A DNA stretch of 64,000 nt from an uncultured Collinsella sp. Its GTDB lineage: Bacteria > Actinomycetota > Coriobacteriia > Coriobacteriales > Coriobacteriaceae. Below are positions 19,398 through 27,601 of the stretch, piece by piece. The DNA lies in assembly GCA_902494715.1 (NCBI GenBank), contig CABUUJ010000001.1, positions 11,366-75,365 of the forward strand, in the 5' to 3' direction. The translations under genes were made by a program, and so were the position numbers. The notes under the pieces are model-generated. The model saw nothing but the letters and a program-made list of their open reading frames with translations. It was not told the DNA's origin and did not search any database. Within the stretch, counting starts at the first letter, position 1, and every line of letters begins with the position of its first letter.

Positions 19398-19670
19398 ATA
19401 ACACACGAATCATGCAGCAAGATAAGGCTAACCTTATTCTCTTGGCTAAGACGCATCTCTCCGACCCTTTGAATCGCCCCTTTTCACGCCACCCGCTACG
19501 AACCCCGGCGGAAACCAGGGAGTGATTAAAGGAGCGACCTGCGGTTTTGCGAATCAATTGAGTCATTCCCGAAACCGCGAATCAAGGGCCTGATTTGCTC
19601 AAATTGCGCACGAATCAACCATCGGGCGGTACGACGCGACACGCATCGACAACACTCGGACTGGATTAGT

Positions 19671-19685
19671 CATCGAGTGGGAGTA
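19671..19685 (+). repeat. Right copy of the 15-bp guaA-3'-end direct repeat (CATCGAGTGGGAGTA, followed by G to give ...IEWE-stop)
   Basis: Exact match to 9301-9315. Read in frame it gives VIEWE*, mimicking the guaA C-terminus. Confidence 0.9.
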
Positions 19686-19811
19686 GTAATAGAACATTTG
19701 CTCTTGTTTTTCATACGGTTTCGTACGGTTCCGATGGCGACCGATGGGGACGTTTCGCAACCGCCGCCGCACCTGCAAGCCACATGGTTTCACAATCGGG
19801 CAAAAACTCAG

Positions 19812-19840
19812 AAGGCTCCTCGTGAAAAACGAGGAGCCTT
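19812..19840. terminator. Bidirectional hairpin terminator downstream of the Fe-ADH gene
   Basis: aaggctcctcg-tgaaaaa-cgaggagcctt. A T-run follows on the minus strand (ctgagttttt). Confidence 0.75.
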
Positions 19841-19882
19841 CCTGTTTCCTTCAGCGCGGGCGGATTGGGACCCGCTGCTGAT

Positions 19883-21046
19883 CTAGAGGCACTCGGTCAG
19901 AATCTGGAATACCTCGCTGCGCTCCAGTTTCTTGGCGCAGCCGCCGGTGAGCACGCAGGTGCCCGCAACCTTGTGCAGCGTCTCGTCGGACGCGTCGGAG
20001 CCCATCTCGGCGAAGCTCGTGGGAAGCCCCATCTCGCCGATGAACGTCTGCAGGCGGTCGATGCCTTCGAGCGCCACCGTAAGGTCGTCTTTGCCCTTGG
20101 CGTCGACGCCCCACACCTCGCGCGCCCAGCGGGCGAACTGCGCGGGCGCCTCGGGGGCCAGGTGGCGGTAGAGCGCAGGGTGGATGACCGCGAGGCCCAT
20201 TCCGTGGTTGGTGTGGGTGTACGCGCCGTACTGGTGCTGGATCATGTGCGCCTGGAAGTCCGTTGACTTGCCGATCTTGAGCACGCCGTTCTCGGCCATG
20301 GCGGAGTCGTATACGAGCTCGCTTCTGGCATCGAGGTTCTGGTCGTCGTCTGCGATGATCCGCATGTTGCGGATGACGTTACGCTGGATGGCGAGGTTGA
20401 TGTCGTCGGTGACATTGCGCCCGCGCGGGCTTCCGAAATAGCTCTCCATGCAGTGCGAGAGCGTGTCGAACGCGCCGCTCATGAACTGCGCGTGCGGTAC
20501 GGTGAGTGTGAGCGCCGGGTTGAGCGCCGCCCACATGGGCATCGCCCCAAGATAGGCGCCCTTCACGTGCGTCTCCTCGTTGGTGATGACGGCGCCGTTG
20601 TTCTGCTCGGCGCCCGTGCCGGAGAGCGTCACGATGCAGCCCATGGGGATGAACGAGCTCGGCATCTTGCCGTCGGCGTGCTCGAACGTCTCGATGTCCT
20701 CGTCAAGCATCGCCTGCGCGGAGGCTACCTTGCAGCAGTCGAAGACCGACCCGCCGCCGACGGCGAGAATGAAGTCGACCTGCTCCTCGCGTGCGAGCGC
20801 GGCGCCTTCCTGGCACTTCTCGTAGGTCGGATTGGGCATGATGCCGCCGAAGTCCACCACGCGCTTGCCCGCGCTCGTGAGCTTATCGACCACGTGGCCG
20901 TAGACGCCGGTTCGTTTGACCGAGCCTCCGCCGTAGGCGAGCATCACTGTCTTGCCCATGGCACCCATCTCGGCGTCGAGTGCCTGGTCCATGGCCCCCT
21001 CGCCGAAGTAGTTCCTGACCGGGTAGTCGTACGTGAATGAGTTCAT
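19883..21046 (-). CDS. Iron-containing (group III) alcohol dehydrogenase
   Basis: Track ORF 19883..21385. ATG 21046 (MNSFTYDYPVRNYFGEG) follows TAGGAGG. Family motifs GGGSVFDCCK and HMIQHQYGAYTHTNHGMG are present. Confidence 0.9.
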   Translation of the reverse strand: MNSFTYDYPVRNYFGEGAMDQALDAEMGAMGKTVMLAYGGGSVKRTGVYGHVVDKLTSAGKRVVDFGGIMPNPTYEKCQEGAALAREEQVDFILAVGGGSVFDCCKVASAQAMLDEDIETFEHADGKMPSSFIPMGCIVTLSGTGAEQNNGAVITNEETHVKGAYLGAMPMWAALNPALTLTVPHAQFMSGAFDTLSHCMESYFGSPRGRNVTDDINLAIQRNVIRNMRIIADDDQNLDARSELVYDSAMAENGVLKIGKSTDFQAHMIQHQYGAYTHTNHGMGLAVIHPALYRHLAPEAPAQFARWAREVWGVDAKGKDDLTVALEGIDRLQTFIGEMGLPTSFAEMGSDASDETLHKVAGTCVLTGGCAKKLERSEVFQILTECL

Positions 21047-21089
21047 GGCAATTCCTCCTAGTAAGTTATCAGTGCGGTCTGACGCTCGT

Positions 21090-21941
21090 CTACACGTTGC
21101 GCACGAGCCCGGACATCCATTCGATGGTGGCGGGGTCGTGGTGGTCGAAGAACGCGCTGCGTCCGGTGTCGAGCGCGGCGATGGCGACCATCTCGTCGTC
21201 GCCCAGCGCGAAGTCGAAGACGTCGAAGTTCTGCTCCATGCGATCGCGGTGCGTGCTCTTAGGGATGCAGACCACACCGCGCTGCAGCAGCCAGCGCAAC
21301 ACGACCTGGGCGACCGTCTTGCCGTGCGCCTCGCCGATGCGAGCGAGGACCTCGTTGCGGAAGAGGTCGTTTCTGCCCTCCGCAAAGGGCGCCCAGCCCT
21401 CCATGGCTACCTCCTTGCCGACCATGTACCCCTGCGCCTCGCGCTGCTGGAAGAACACGTTGCACTCGACTTGGTTCACGGCGGGGGCGATGCGGTTGAA
21501 CGAGATGAGGTTTGCGAGATGATCGGGGTAGAAGTTAGCTGTGCCTATGGCGCGGATAACGCCCTGCTCGTAGAGCTCCTCCATGGCGCGCCACGCGCCG
21601 AAGACGTCGCCGAACGGCTGATGGATGAGGTAGAGGTCGACGTAGTCGAGCCCCAGCCGCTTGAGCGACGCGTCGAAGCCGCGCTTGGCCCCCTCGTAGC
21701 TCACATCCGACATCCACAGCTTGGTCGTTACGAACACCTCGTCGCGCGGCAGGCCGCTCGCACGAATGGCGGCCCCGACCGCCTCTTCGTTGCCGTAGCT
21801 CGCTGCCGTGTCGAGCAGCCTGTAGCCGACCGAGAGTGCGTCCTCCACGGCGCGCTGACATTCCGCGGCGTTTGGGATCTGATACACGCCGAAGCCGAGC
21901 TGCGGCATCCTGACGCCGTTGTTCAAGGTGATGTAGTCCAT
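21090..21941 (-). CDS. Aldo/keto reductase
   Basis: [21 protein letters not shown]...[14 protein letters not shown]...TTKLW carries the catalytic Asp/Tyr/Lys context. Confidence 0.9.
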   Translation of the reverse strand: MDYITLNNGVRMPQLGFGVYQIPNAAECQRAVEDALSVGYRLLDTAASYGNEEAVGAAIRASGLPRDEVFVTTKLWMSDVSYEGAKRGFDASLKRLGLDYVDLYLIHQPFGDVFGAWRAMEELYEQGVIRAIGTANFYPDHLANLISFNRIAPAVNQVECNVFFQQREAQGYMVGKEVAMEGWAPFAEGRNDLFRNEVLARIGEAHGKTVAQVVLRWLLQRGVVCIPKSTHRDRMEQNFDVFDFALGDDEMVAIAALDTGRSAFFDHHDPATIEWMSGLVRNV

Positions 21942-22046
21942 GGTGCCTTCCTTTCTCGCAACTTGACGTATCCACCATACGAGGGGCGCCGCGCCGACGG
22001 AAGTTTCCGTTGGTGAGGGTTCTATAACGCTGGGGTGCGCACAGGG

Positions 22047-22238
22047 TTATAACCTGCGGGTTCTAGGCGTCACCTCAAAGAGATCGGCGCCGAGCTCGTC
22101 GGCGATGGCCTGAGCTACGACAGCGGTGTGGCCCTGTGCCGAGTAGTAGGCCACGAGGACGTTGCCGTCTGCAGCGGGCACTGCGGCGGGCTCGTCCTCG
22201 ACAGCCGACTGGTCCTCGGCGGCGGCTTGGTTGGTCCG
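22047..22238 (-). pseudogene. Internal fragment of a flavodoxin-like gene (no start, premature end)
   Basis: The minus-strand frame reads ...AAAEDQSAVEDEPAAVPAADGNVLVAYYSAQGHTAVVAQAIADELGADLFEVTP, then RTRRL-stop. The flavodoxin N-terminal motif (VLVAYYSxxGxT) is present. There is no start codon in frame and the C-terminal two thirds are missing. Confidence 0.45.
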
Positions 22239-22252
22239 TTATCGTCTGAGCG

Positions 22253-23101
22253 CTACTCCTGCGCGTCGAAATCGGGGCGCATGGCCAGGTAGCCCTCGAG
22301 TGCTTCCTCAGTGGCGGTGTAGTAGGTCATGGTCCCGTCGAGCTTGGCAATCTCGGCCATCTCGTCTTCGGTGAGGGAGAAGTCGAAGATGTTCGCGTTG
22401 TCGGCGATGTGGGCGGGGTTCTTGGAGCCGGGGATGATGGAGGTGCCCATCTGCACGTGCCAGCGCAGGATCACTTGGGCCGGGGTCTTGCCGTACTTCT
22501 CGGCGAGAGCGACGAAGACGGGCTCCTCCAGAAGACCTTTGTCGCCGTGGCCGAGCGGGTACCACGCCTCGATCACCGTGCCGTACGGCGCGAGGTGGGC
22601 GCGCAGGTCGCGCTGGGCGTGGTAGGGGTGGCACTCAACGGTCACGAGCTGCGGCTTGATGTCGGCGACCTCGATGACCTCGGCAATCTTGTCTTGCGGG
22701 AAGTTGGAGAGGCCGAGGGCGCGCACCTTGCCCGCGCGGTAGGCCTCCTCCATCGTGCGCCACGCGGCCAGGTAGTCGCCTACCGGCTGGTGCAGGATGA
22801 GCATGTCGACGTAGTCGAGCCCCAGACGCTGGAGCGTGGCGTCCACCGCCGGCATGCCCGCGTCGTAGACGCTCGGCCAGAGCTTGGTGGAGACGAAGAT
22901 CTTGTCGCGCGCGATGCCGCTCTTGGCGATGGCACGGCCCACGGCGCGCTCGTTCATGTAGGCGTTGGCGGTGTCGATGTGCTCGTAGCCAGCCGCGAGC
23001 GCGGCGGTTGCGGCCGCCTCGGCCTCGGCCGGGGTCATGAGGAAGGTGCCCAAACCTTCGATGGGCATCTCTACGTCGTTGTTGAGCTTCAGATACTCCA
23101 T
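22253..23101 (-). CDS. Aldo/keto reductase (paralogue of 21090..21941)
   Basis: MEYLKLNNDVEMPIEGLGTF...IDTANAYMNERAVG...STKLW. Confidence 0.9.
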   Translation of the reverse strand: MEYLKLNNDVEMPIEGLGTFLMTPAEAEAAATAALAAGYEHIDTANAYMNERAVGRAIAKSGIARDKIFVSTKLWPSVYDAGMPAVDATLQRLGLDYVDMLILHQPVGDYLAAWRTMEEAYRAGKVRALGLSNFPQDKIAEVIEVADIKPQLVTVECHPYHAQRDLRAHLAPYGTVIEAWYPLGHGDKGLLEEPVFVALAEKYGKTPAQVILRWHVQMGTSIIPGSKNPAHIADNANIFDFSLTEDEMAEIAKLDGTMTYYTATEEALEGYLAMRPDFDAQE

Positions 23102-23230
23102 GGTCTCCTCCTTAATGGTGACTTTTCGAATACAAGGCTACGGCGTTTACTGACGTGCGAGAAGTTCACGTTGGAATGATGGATATAACCATGGGGTATA
23201 TACGGCACATAATGCGTGACAGGAGGATCG

Positions 23231-24130
23231 ATGTACAACCCGCAGCTTGACACTTTCATCCGCGTGGCGGAGGCGGGCAGCTTCTCCAAGGCGGCACAAG
23301 AGTCCTTCATCACGCCCACGGCCGTCATCAAGCAGATGAACCTGCTGGAGTCGCGGCTAGGCCTTACGCTGTTCCACCGATCGCATCAGGGGCTTTCGCT
23401 TACGCGAGCAGGCAGGTCGCTGCTTGCCGACGCCCGCCATATCGTGCAGTACTCTCAAGAATCAATCGCACGCGCCCGCGTCGCCGAGCGCGGAGAGAAG
23501 CGCATCATCCGCGTGGGAGTGTCGCTCATGACGCCCAGCACGCCGCTCACGAAGCTGTGGCCGAAGGTGAAGGAACGTTGCCCTGGCATGAGCCTTCAGG
23601 TGGTCACGTTTGAAAACACACCCTCGGCGGCGCGCGGTTTGGCGAACCTCGGGCAAGACATGGATATCGTGGCGGGGATTTTCGACGATGCCTTTCTTAA
23701 AGAGCGCGGGTGCCTGGGCCTCGAGCTTTCGCGCGAGCCGCTCTGGTGCGCCGTTCCCGTCGACAGCGAACTCGCCAAACGCGACATCGTCACATTCGAC
23801 GACCTCCACAATCACAGTCTTATGCTTATACGCCGGGGCTGGAACGCCGAAATCGACCGCGTGCGCGACGAGATACTCTTGCATCATCCTCAAATCGCGC
23901 TCGTAGACTTCCCGCAATATCGGGCGGAGGTGTTCAATCGCGGTGCGAACGAGGACCTCGCGCTTGCGACGCTGCCGTTGTGGGCCAACGTCCACCCCAT
24001 GCTCAAAACCGTCCCTACCGATTGGGACTGTCTCGTGTCTTACGGGCTGCTTCATTCGTCGCACCCCGCAGGCCATGTGCGGGAGTTCCTCGATGCGGTG
24101 TCTGCCGCGCTCGAGGCAAAGCATCGATAG
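23231..24130 (+). CDS. LysR-family transcriptional regulator
   Basis: Track ORF 23216..24130. ATG 23231 follows AGGAGG. MYNPQLDTFIRVAEAGSFSKAAQESFITPTAVIKQMNLLESRLGLTLFHR is the LysR HTH. It is divergent from the AKR genes. Confidence 0.9.
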   Translation: MYNPQLDTFIRVAEAGSFSKAAQESFITPTAVIKQMNLLESRLGLTLFHRSHQGLSLTRAGRSLLADARHIVQYSQESIARARVAERGEKRIIRVGVSLMTPSTPLTKLWPKVKERCPGMSLQVVTFENTPSAARGLANLGQDMDIVAGIFDDAFLKERGCLGLELSREPLWCAVPVDSELAKRDIVTFDDLHNHSLMLIRRGWNAEIDRVRDEILLHHPQIALVDFPQYRAEVFNRGANEDLALATLPLWANVHPMLKTVPTDWDCLVSYGLLHSSHPAGHVREFLDAVSAALEAKHR

Positions 24131-24272
24131 GCAATCGCGAGCAGATGCGCTTATGCCTATGGGAATAACGGGAACTGGCTTCTGAGCTTGCGCTTTGATA
24201 CCGTCGAGTACCGCCTGATGCTGTTTCGGCGTCGCCATAGAGCAAAGCCATCAGCGAAATAACGGGAATAAC

Positions 24273-24308
24273 GGCCTCCGAACCTTCTGGTTCGGAGGCT
24301 TTCTTTTT
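24273..24308 (+). terminator. Rho-independent terminator
   Basis: ggcctccgaacc-ttct-ggttcggaggc followed by tttcttttt. Confidence 0.7.
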
Positions 24309-24361
24309 GCATGTCCGCCTAAAACGACTCCTTGCCAAAGCCCCTTGAGCATCGGGCGGCA

Positions 24362-24802
24362 TTATTGAGTGTGGGCGTTATCGTAGGTATCTTTGATTTC
24401 TTCTGGCAAATTGTCGGGAATCAACGCCTTCACTCTATCCTCGTTTCCATCTTGGATCGCCTGCTCGTAGTACCAGCATTTGAACTTCAACATGTCCAGC
24501 GCGCGGTTCATCTTCGCGATCTCCGACTCCATGTGGGCCTTCCGCTCCTCGAACATGGCCTTGCGCTTGGGATATGTCGATGGGCCCTCCGCACACCATT
24601 CCATGAACAGTCGGATGTCCTTAATCTCCATCCCAGCCTTCTTTAAGCATTCGATGACCCGAAGCGCCTCGAGTTCTGTATCGCCGAATCGGCGAATGCC
24701 CGACGCCCGCTCCAATCCCGGGAACAGCCCCTGCTTGTCGTAATACCGCAGCGTGGAAACGGGCAGACCGAACATCTCCGCTACCTGTCCGATTGTGTAC
24801 AT
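24362..24802 (-). CDS. MerR-family transcriptional regulator
   Basis: Track ORF 24362..24817. ATG 24802 gives MYTIGQVAEMFGLPVSTLRYYDKQGLF..., followed by a coiled-coil region. Confidence 0.9.
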   Translation of the reverse strand: MYTIGQVAEMFGLPVSTLRYYDKQGLFPGLERASGIRRFGDTELEALRVIECLKKAGMEIKDIRLFMEWCAEGPSTYPKRKAMFEERKAHMESEIAKMNRALDMLKFKCWYYEQAIQDGNEDRVKALIPDNLPEEIKDTYDNAHTQ

Positions 24803-24833
24803 GGCCCCTCCGGACAAATCTCGAATTTACTCC

Positions 24834-24855
24834 TTGACCTAAAGTCAGCTTTAGG
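24834..24855 (+). promoter_or_regulatory. MerR-type promoter/operator: TTGACC -35 overlapping a 7-bp dyad
   Basis: TTGACC (24834-24839). CCTAAAG-tcag-CTTTAGG (24838-24855) is a perfect dyad, followed by TATTAC. It lies in the divergent MerR / CMD-cupin intergenic region. Confidence 0.55.
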
Positions 24856-25078
24856 TATTACCTTTATTTTCGTCAATACAAATCGGGAGCGCAAGGGATT
24901 TTCGCCAAAGGCGCACGCTTGCCGGAACGGTATTCGCCGGCGGCTTGAACGGCGTGGGCGAAATCGGCGGGCATCCCGCTCTTGAGCAGGCGCGACGAAT
25001 GGGCACAGGAGTCTAGGCGCGGCTTAGCTGGACGGAAGCAGTTTTGCACTCAAAACCATCGACAGGAGGAAATCGATC

Positions 25079-25843
25079 ATGGCAATCAAACAGACAGCGG
25101 GCAGAGATGCCCTGGGGGACTTTGCTCCCAAATTCGCACAGCTCAATGACGATGTACTGTTCGGCGAGGTGTGGAGCCGAGAAGACAGGCTTTCCCTTCG
25201 AGACCGCAGCGTGGTGACGGTGGTTGCCTTGATGGCACAGGGGCTGACGAACTCTTCGTTCCAATATCATCTGATGTCCGCAAAGAACAACGGCGTGACC
25301 AGGGCGGAGATAGCGGAAATCCTTACGCACGCGGCGTTTTACGCAGGCTGGCCCAAGGCATGGGCGGCCTTTCGCATGGCGAAGGAGGTCTGGGCGGATA
25401 GCGATGCCGCCGACGCAAGAACCAAGCATCAAAACGAGATGGCCTTTCCCATCGGTGCCCCCAACGACGCATTTGCGAAGTACTTTATCGGGCAAAGCTA
25501 CCTCGCGCCCCTTTCCACCGAGCAAGTCGGCGTTTACAACGTGACGTTTGAGCCCGGCTGCCGCAACAACTGGCACACCCATCACGCCAAAAGCGGCGGC
25601 GGGCAGATCCTCGTCTGCGTGGCTGGCCGAGGGTTTTACCAGGAATGGGGCAAACCGGCACAGGAGCTGTGCCCCGGCGATGTAGTAAATATTCCCGCAG
25701 GCGTAAAGCACTGGCACGGTGCGGCGCCCGATAGCTGGTTTTCCCATCTCGCGGTGGAGGTTCCGGGCGAGGAGGCCTCCAACGAGTGGTTGGAGCCCGT
25801 GGACGACGATCAATACCTTAAAGCGACTGACAAGGAGGTTTAG
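25079..25843 (+). CDS. Carboxymuconolactone decarboxylase (AhpD-like) domain fused to a cupin domain
   Basis: N-terminal half: LSLRDRSVVTVVALMAQG...ILTHAAFYAGWP. C-terminal half: GCRNNWHTHHAKSGGGQILVCVAGRG...GDVVNIPAGVKHWHGA (cupin His cluster). Confidence 0.85.
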   Translation: MAIKQTAGRDALGDFAPKFAQLNDDVLFGEVWSREDRLSLRDRSVVTVVALMAQGLTNSSFQYHLMSAKNNGVTRAEIAEILTHAAFYAGWPKAWAAFRMAKEVWADSDAADARTKHQNEMAFPIGAPNDAFAKYFIGQSYLAPLSTEQVGVYNVTFEPGCRNNWHTHHAKSGGGQILVCVAGRGFYQEWGKPAQELCPGDVVNIPAGVKHWHGAAPDSWFSHLAVEVPGEEASNEWLEPVDDDQYLKATDKEV

Positions 25844-25845
25844 GT

Positions 25846-26817
25846 ATGGAACAGTTGAATCTGACGCAGGAATGGGACAAAGTGTTCCCCAAAAGCGACA
25901 AGGTTGAGCACAGCAAGGCGACCTTCCATAACCGATACGGCATCACGCTGGTGGCTGACGTCTACGTGCCTAAGAACGCGGAAGGCAAGCTGCCCGCCAT
26001 CGCCGTCAGCGGCCCTTTTGGCGCGGTGAAGGAGCAGTCCTCCGGTCTGTACGCGCAGAAAATGGCGGAGCTGGGCTTTTTTGCAATTGCCTTTGACCCG
26101 TCCTATACCGGCGAGAGCGGCGGCACGCCCCGCTATGTAGCATCGCCGGACATCAACACCGAGGACTTCTGCGCAGCGGTGGATTTCCTCTCTGTGCAGG
26201 AAAGCGTTGACCCGGAGCGTATCGGCATCATCGGCATCTGCGGTTGGGGCGGCATGGCAGTCAATGCGGCGGCCATCGACACCCGTATCAAAGCTACCGC
26301 GGCTATGACCATGTACGACATGACCCGTGTGACCGCCAACGGCTATTTTGACGCCGAGGATTCCGAGCAGGCGCGCTTTGAAAAGCGGAAAGCGCTGAAT
26401 GAGCAGCGCACCGAGGACTATAAAAACGGCAGCTATGCGCTGGCGGGCGGCGTGGTCGATCCGCTACCGGAGGATGCGCCGCAGTTTGTAGCGGACTATT
26501 GCGCCTACTACAAAACTCCGCGAGGCTATCATCCCCGCAGCCTGAACTCCAACGGTGGCTGGAATGCGACGTCTTCGCTGTCATTTTTGAATATGCCGAT
26601 TTTGCAATACAGCAGCGAAATCCGCTCTGCTGTGTTGCTGGTGCATGGCGAGAAGGCGCACTCCCGCTATTTCAGCGAAGCCGCGTACGGCAAGCTGACG
26701 GGGGACAACAAGGAATTGCTCATTATCCCTGGTGCCAGCCACACCGACCTTTACGATCAGATGGACATCATTCCGTTTGGAAAGCTGAAGGCATTCTTTG
26801 AGGAATATCTGAAATAA
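25846..26817 (+). CDS. Alpha/beta hydrolase (dienelactone-hydrolase-like, Cys in the nucleophile elbow)
   Basis: 323 aa. The GIIGICGWGG nucleophile elbow and a C-terminal PGASHTDLY His region are present. It starts 3 nt after the preceding stop. Confidence 0.8.
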   Translation: MEQLNLTQEWDKVFPKSDKVEHSKATFHNRYGITLVADVYVPKNAEGKLPAIAVSGPFGAVKEQSSGLYAQKMAELGFFAIAFDPSYTGESGGTPRYVASPDINTEDFCAAVDFLSVQESVDPERIGIIGICGWGGMAVNAAAIDTRIKATAAMTMYDMTRVTANGYFDAEDSEQARFEKRKALNEQRTEDYKNGSYALAGGVVDPLPEDAPQFVADYCAYYKTPRGYHPRSLNSNGGWNATSSLSFLNMPILQYSSEIRSAVLLVHGEKAHSRYFSEAAYGKLTGDNKELLIIPGASHTDLYDQMDIIPFGKLKAFFEEYLK

Positions 26818-26962
26818 GGCGTGCCTTGATTCAATGCCAAGTCTCCAGCAACGATTCTTCTAAAGAGTGGGAGTAGCTGAAACGAGGCGATTGATTAACT
26901 CCATTCGTTTTGGCTACAAGAAAACATGCCGTGCGCCTGCGGCATGAAGGAGGGAGATTTCT

Positions 26963-27493
26963 ATGAATATCGTTGTATTGAGTGGTAGCCCGCGCAAGGG
27001 TGCCAATACCGACACCATGGTCGAGGCGTTTGCCGAGACCGCGCGCGAGGGCGGCCATACGGTCGAGGTCGTCCGCGTTGCCGGCAAAAAGATCGCTGGT
27101 TGTCTGGGATGCCAGTACTGCTTTACCCATGAGGGCACTTGCGTGCAGAAGGACGACATGGCCGACGTGATCGAGTCGCTGAAAGGCGCCGACATGGTTG
27201 TCTTCGCTTCGCCTATCTACTGGTTTGATATCACTGCGCAGGAGAAGGCCGCCATCGATCGCCTGTACGCCTTCGGTGCTACGGGCTTCCCGTTCACCAA
27301 GACGGCCCTTTTGCTCGATAGCCACAGCGAGGGCGTCTATGACGCGGCGATCGCCATGTACAAGTCAACCTGCGCGTACTGCAAGTGGGAGGACCAGGGC
27401 ATTGTCACCATCAGCGGTATGACCGAGCGCGACAGCATGGCATCCTCGCCCAAGTTGGAAGGGGTGCGAGAGCTCGCTCGCAAGCTCGCCTAA
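26963..27493 (+). CDS. Flavodoxin-like NAD(P)H-dependent FMN reductase / iron-sulfur flavoprotein family
   Basis: MNIVVLSGSPRKGANTDTMV...GCLGCQYC...VVFASPIYWFDITAQ. GGAGGGAG RBS. Confidence 0.85.
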   Translation: MNIVVLSGSPRKGANTDTMVEAFAETAREGGHTVEVVRVAGKKIAGCLGCQYCFTHEGTCVQKDDMADVIESLKGADMVVFASPIYWFDITAQEKAAIDRLYAFGATGFPFTKTALLLDSHSEGVYDAAIAMYKSTCAYCKWEDQGIVTISGMTERDSMASSPKLEGVRELARKLA

Positions 27494-27601
27494 GGGCAAG
27501 AAGAACGCATGGCAATCGGTGCTGGTGGAAATGCCTGCTGCCCTTACCAAGAGGATTGCTGATTGCCATGCAACGATGCGCCAGCGGACAATTCCGGCGT
27601 G

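Noticed and set aside
24015-24362. 115-aa minus-strand ORF between LysR and MerR
   Set aside because: It overlaps the 3' end of the LysR gene in antisense and crosses a plus-strand terminator. The product is Arg/Ser-rich and low-complexity.
26868-26879. A third partial copy of the guaA-end repeat (GAGTGGGAGTAG, reading ...EWE-stop), which could mark a second tandem island spanning 19686-26879
   Set aside because: It is only a 12-mer; I estimate roughly a 1% chance of occurrence. It lies between the hydrolase and flavoprotein genes of what looks like one intact MerR-controlled operon, so an att site there is unlikely. It is worth re-testing only if comparative data show a boundary at this point.
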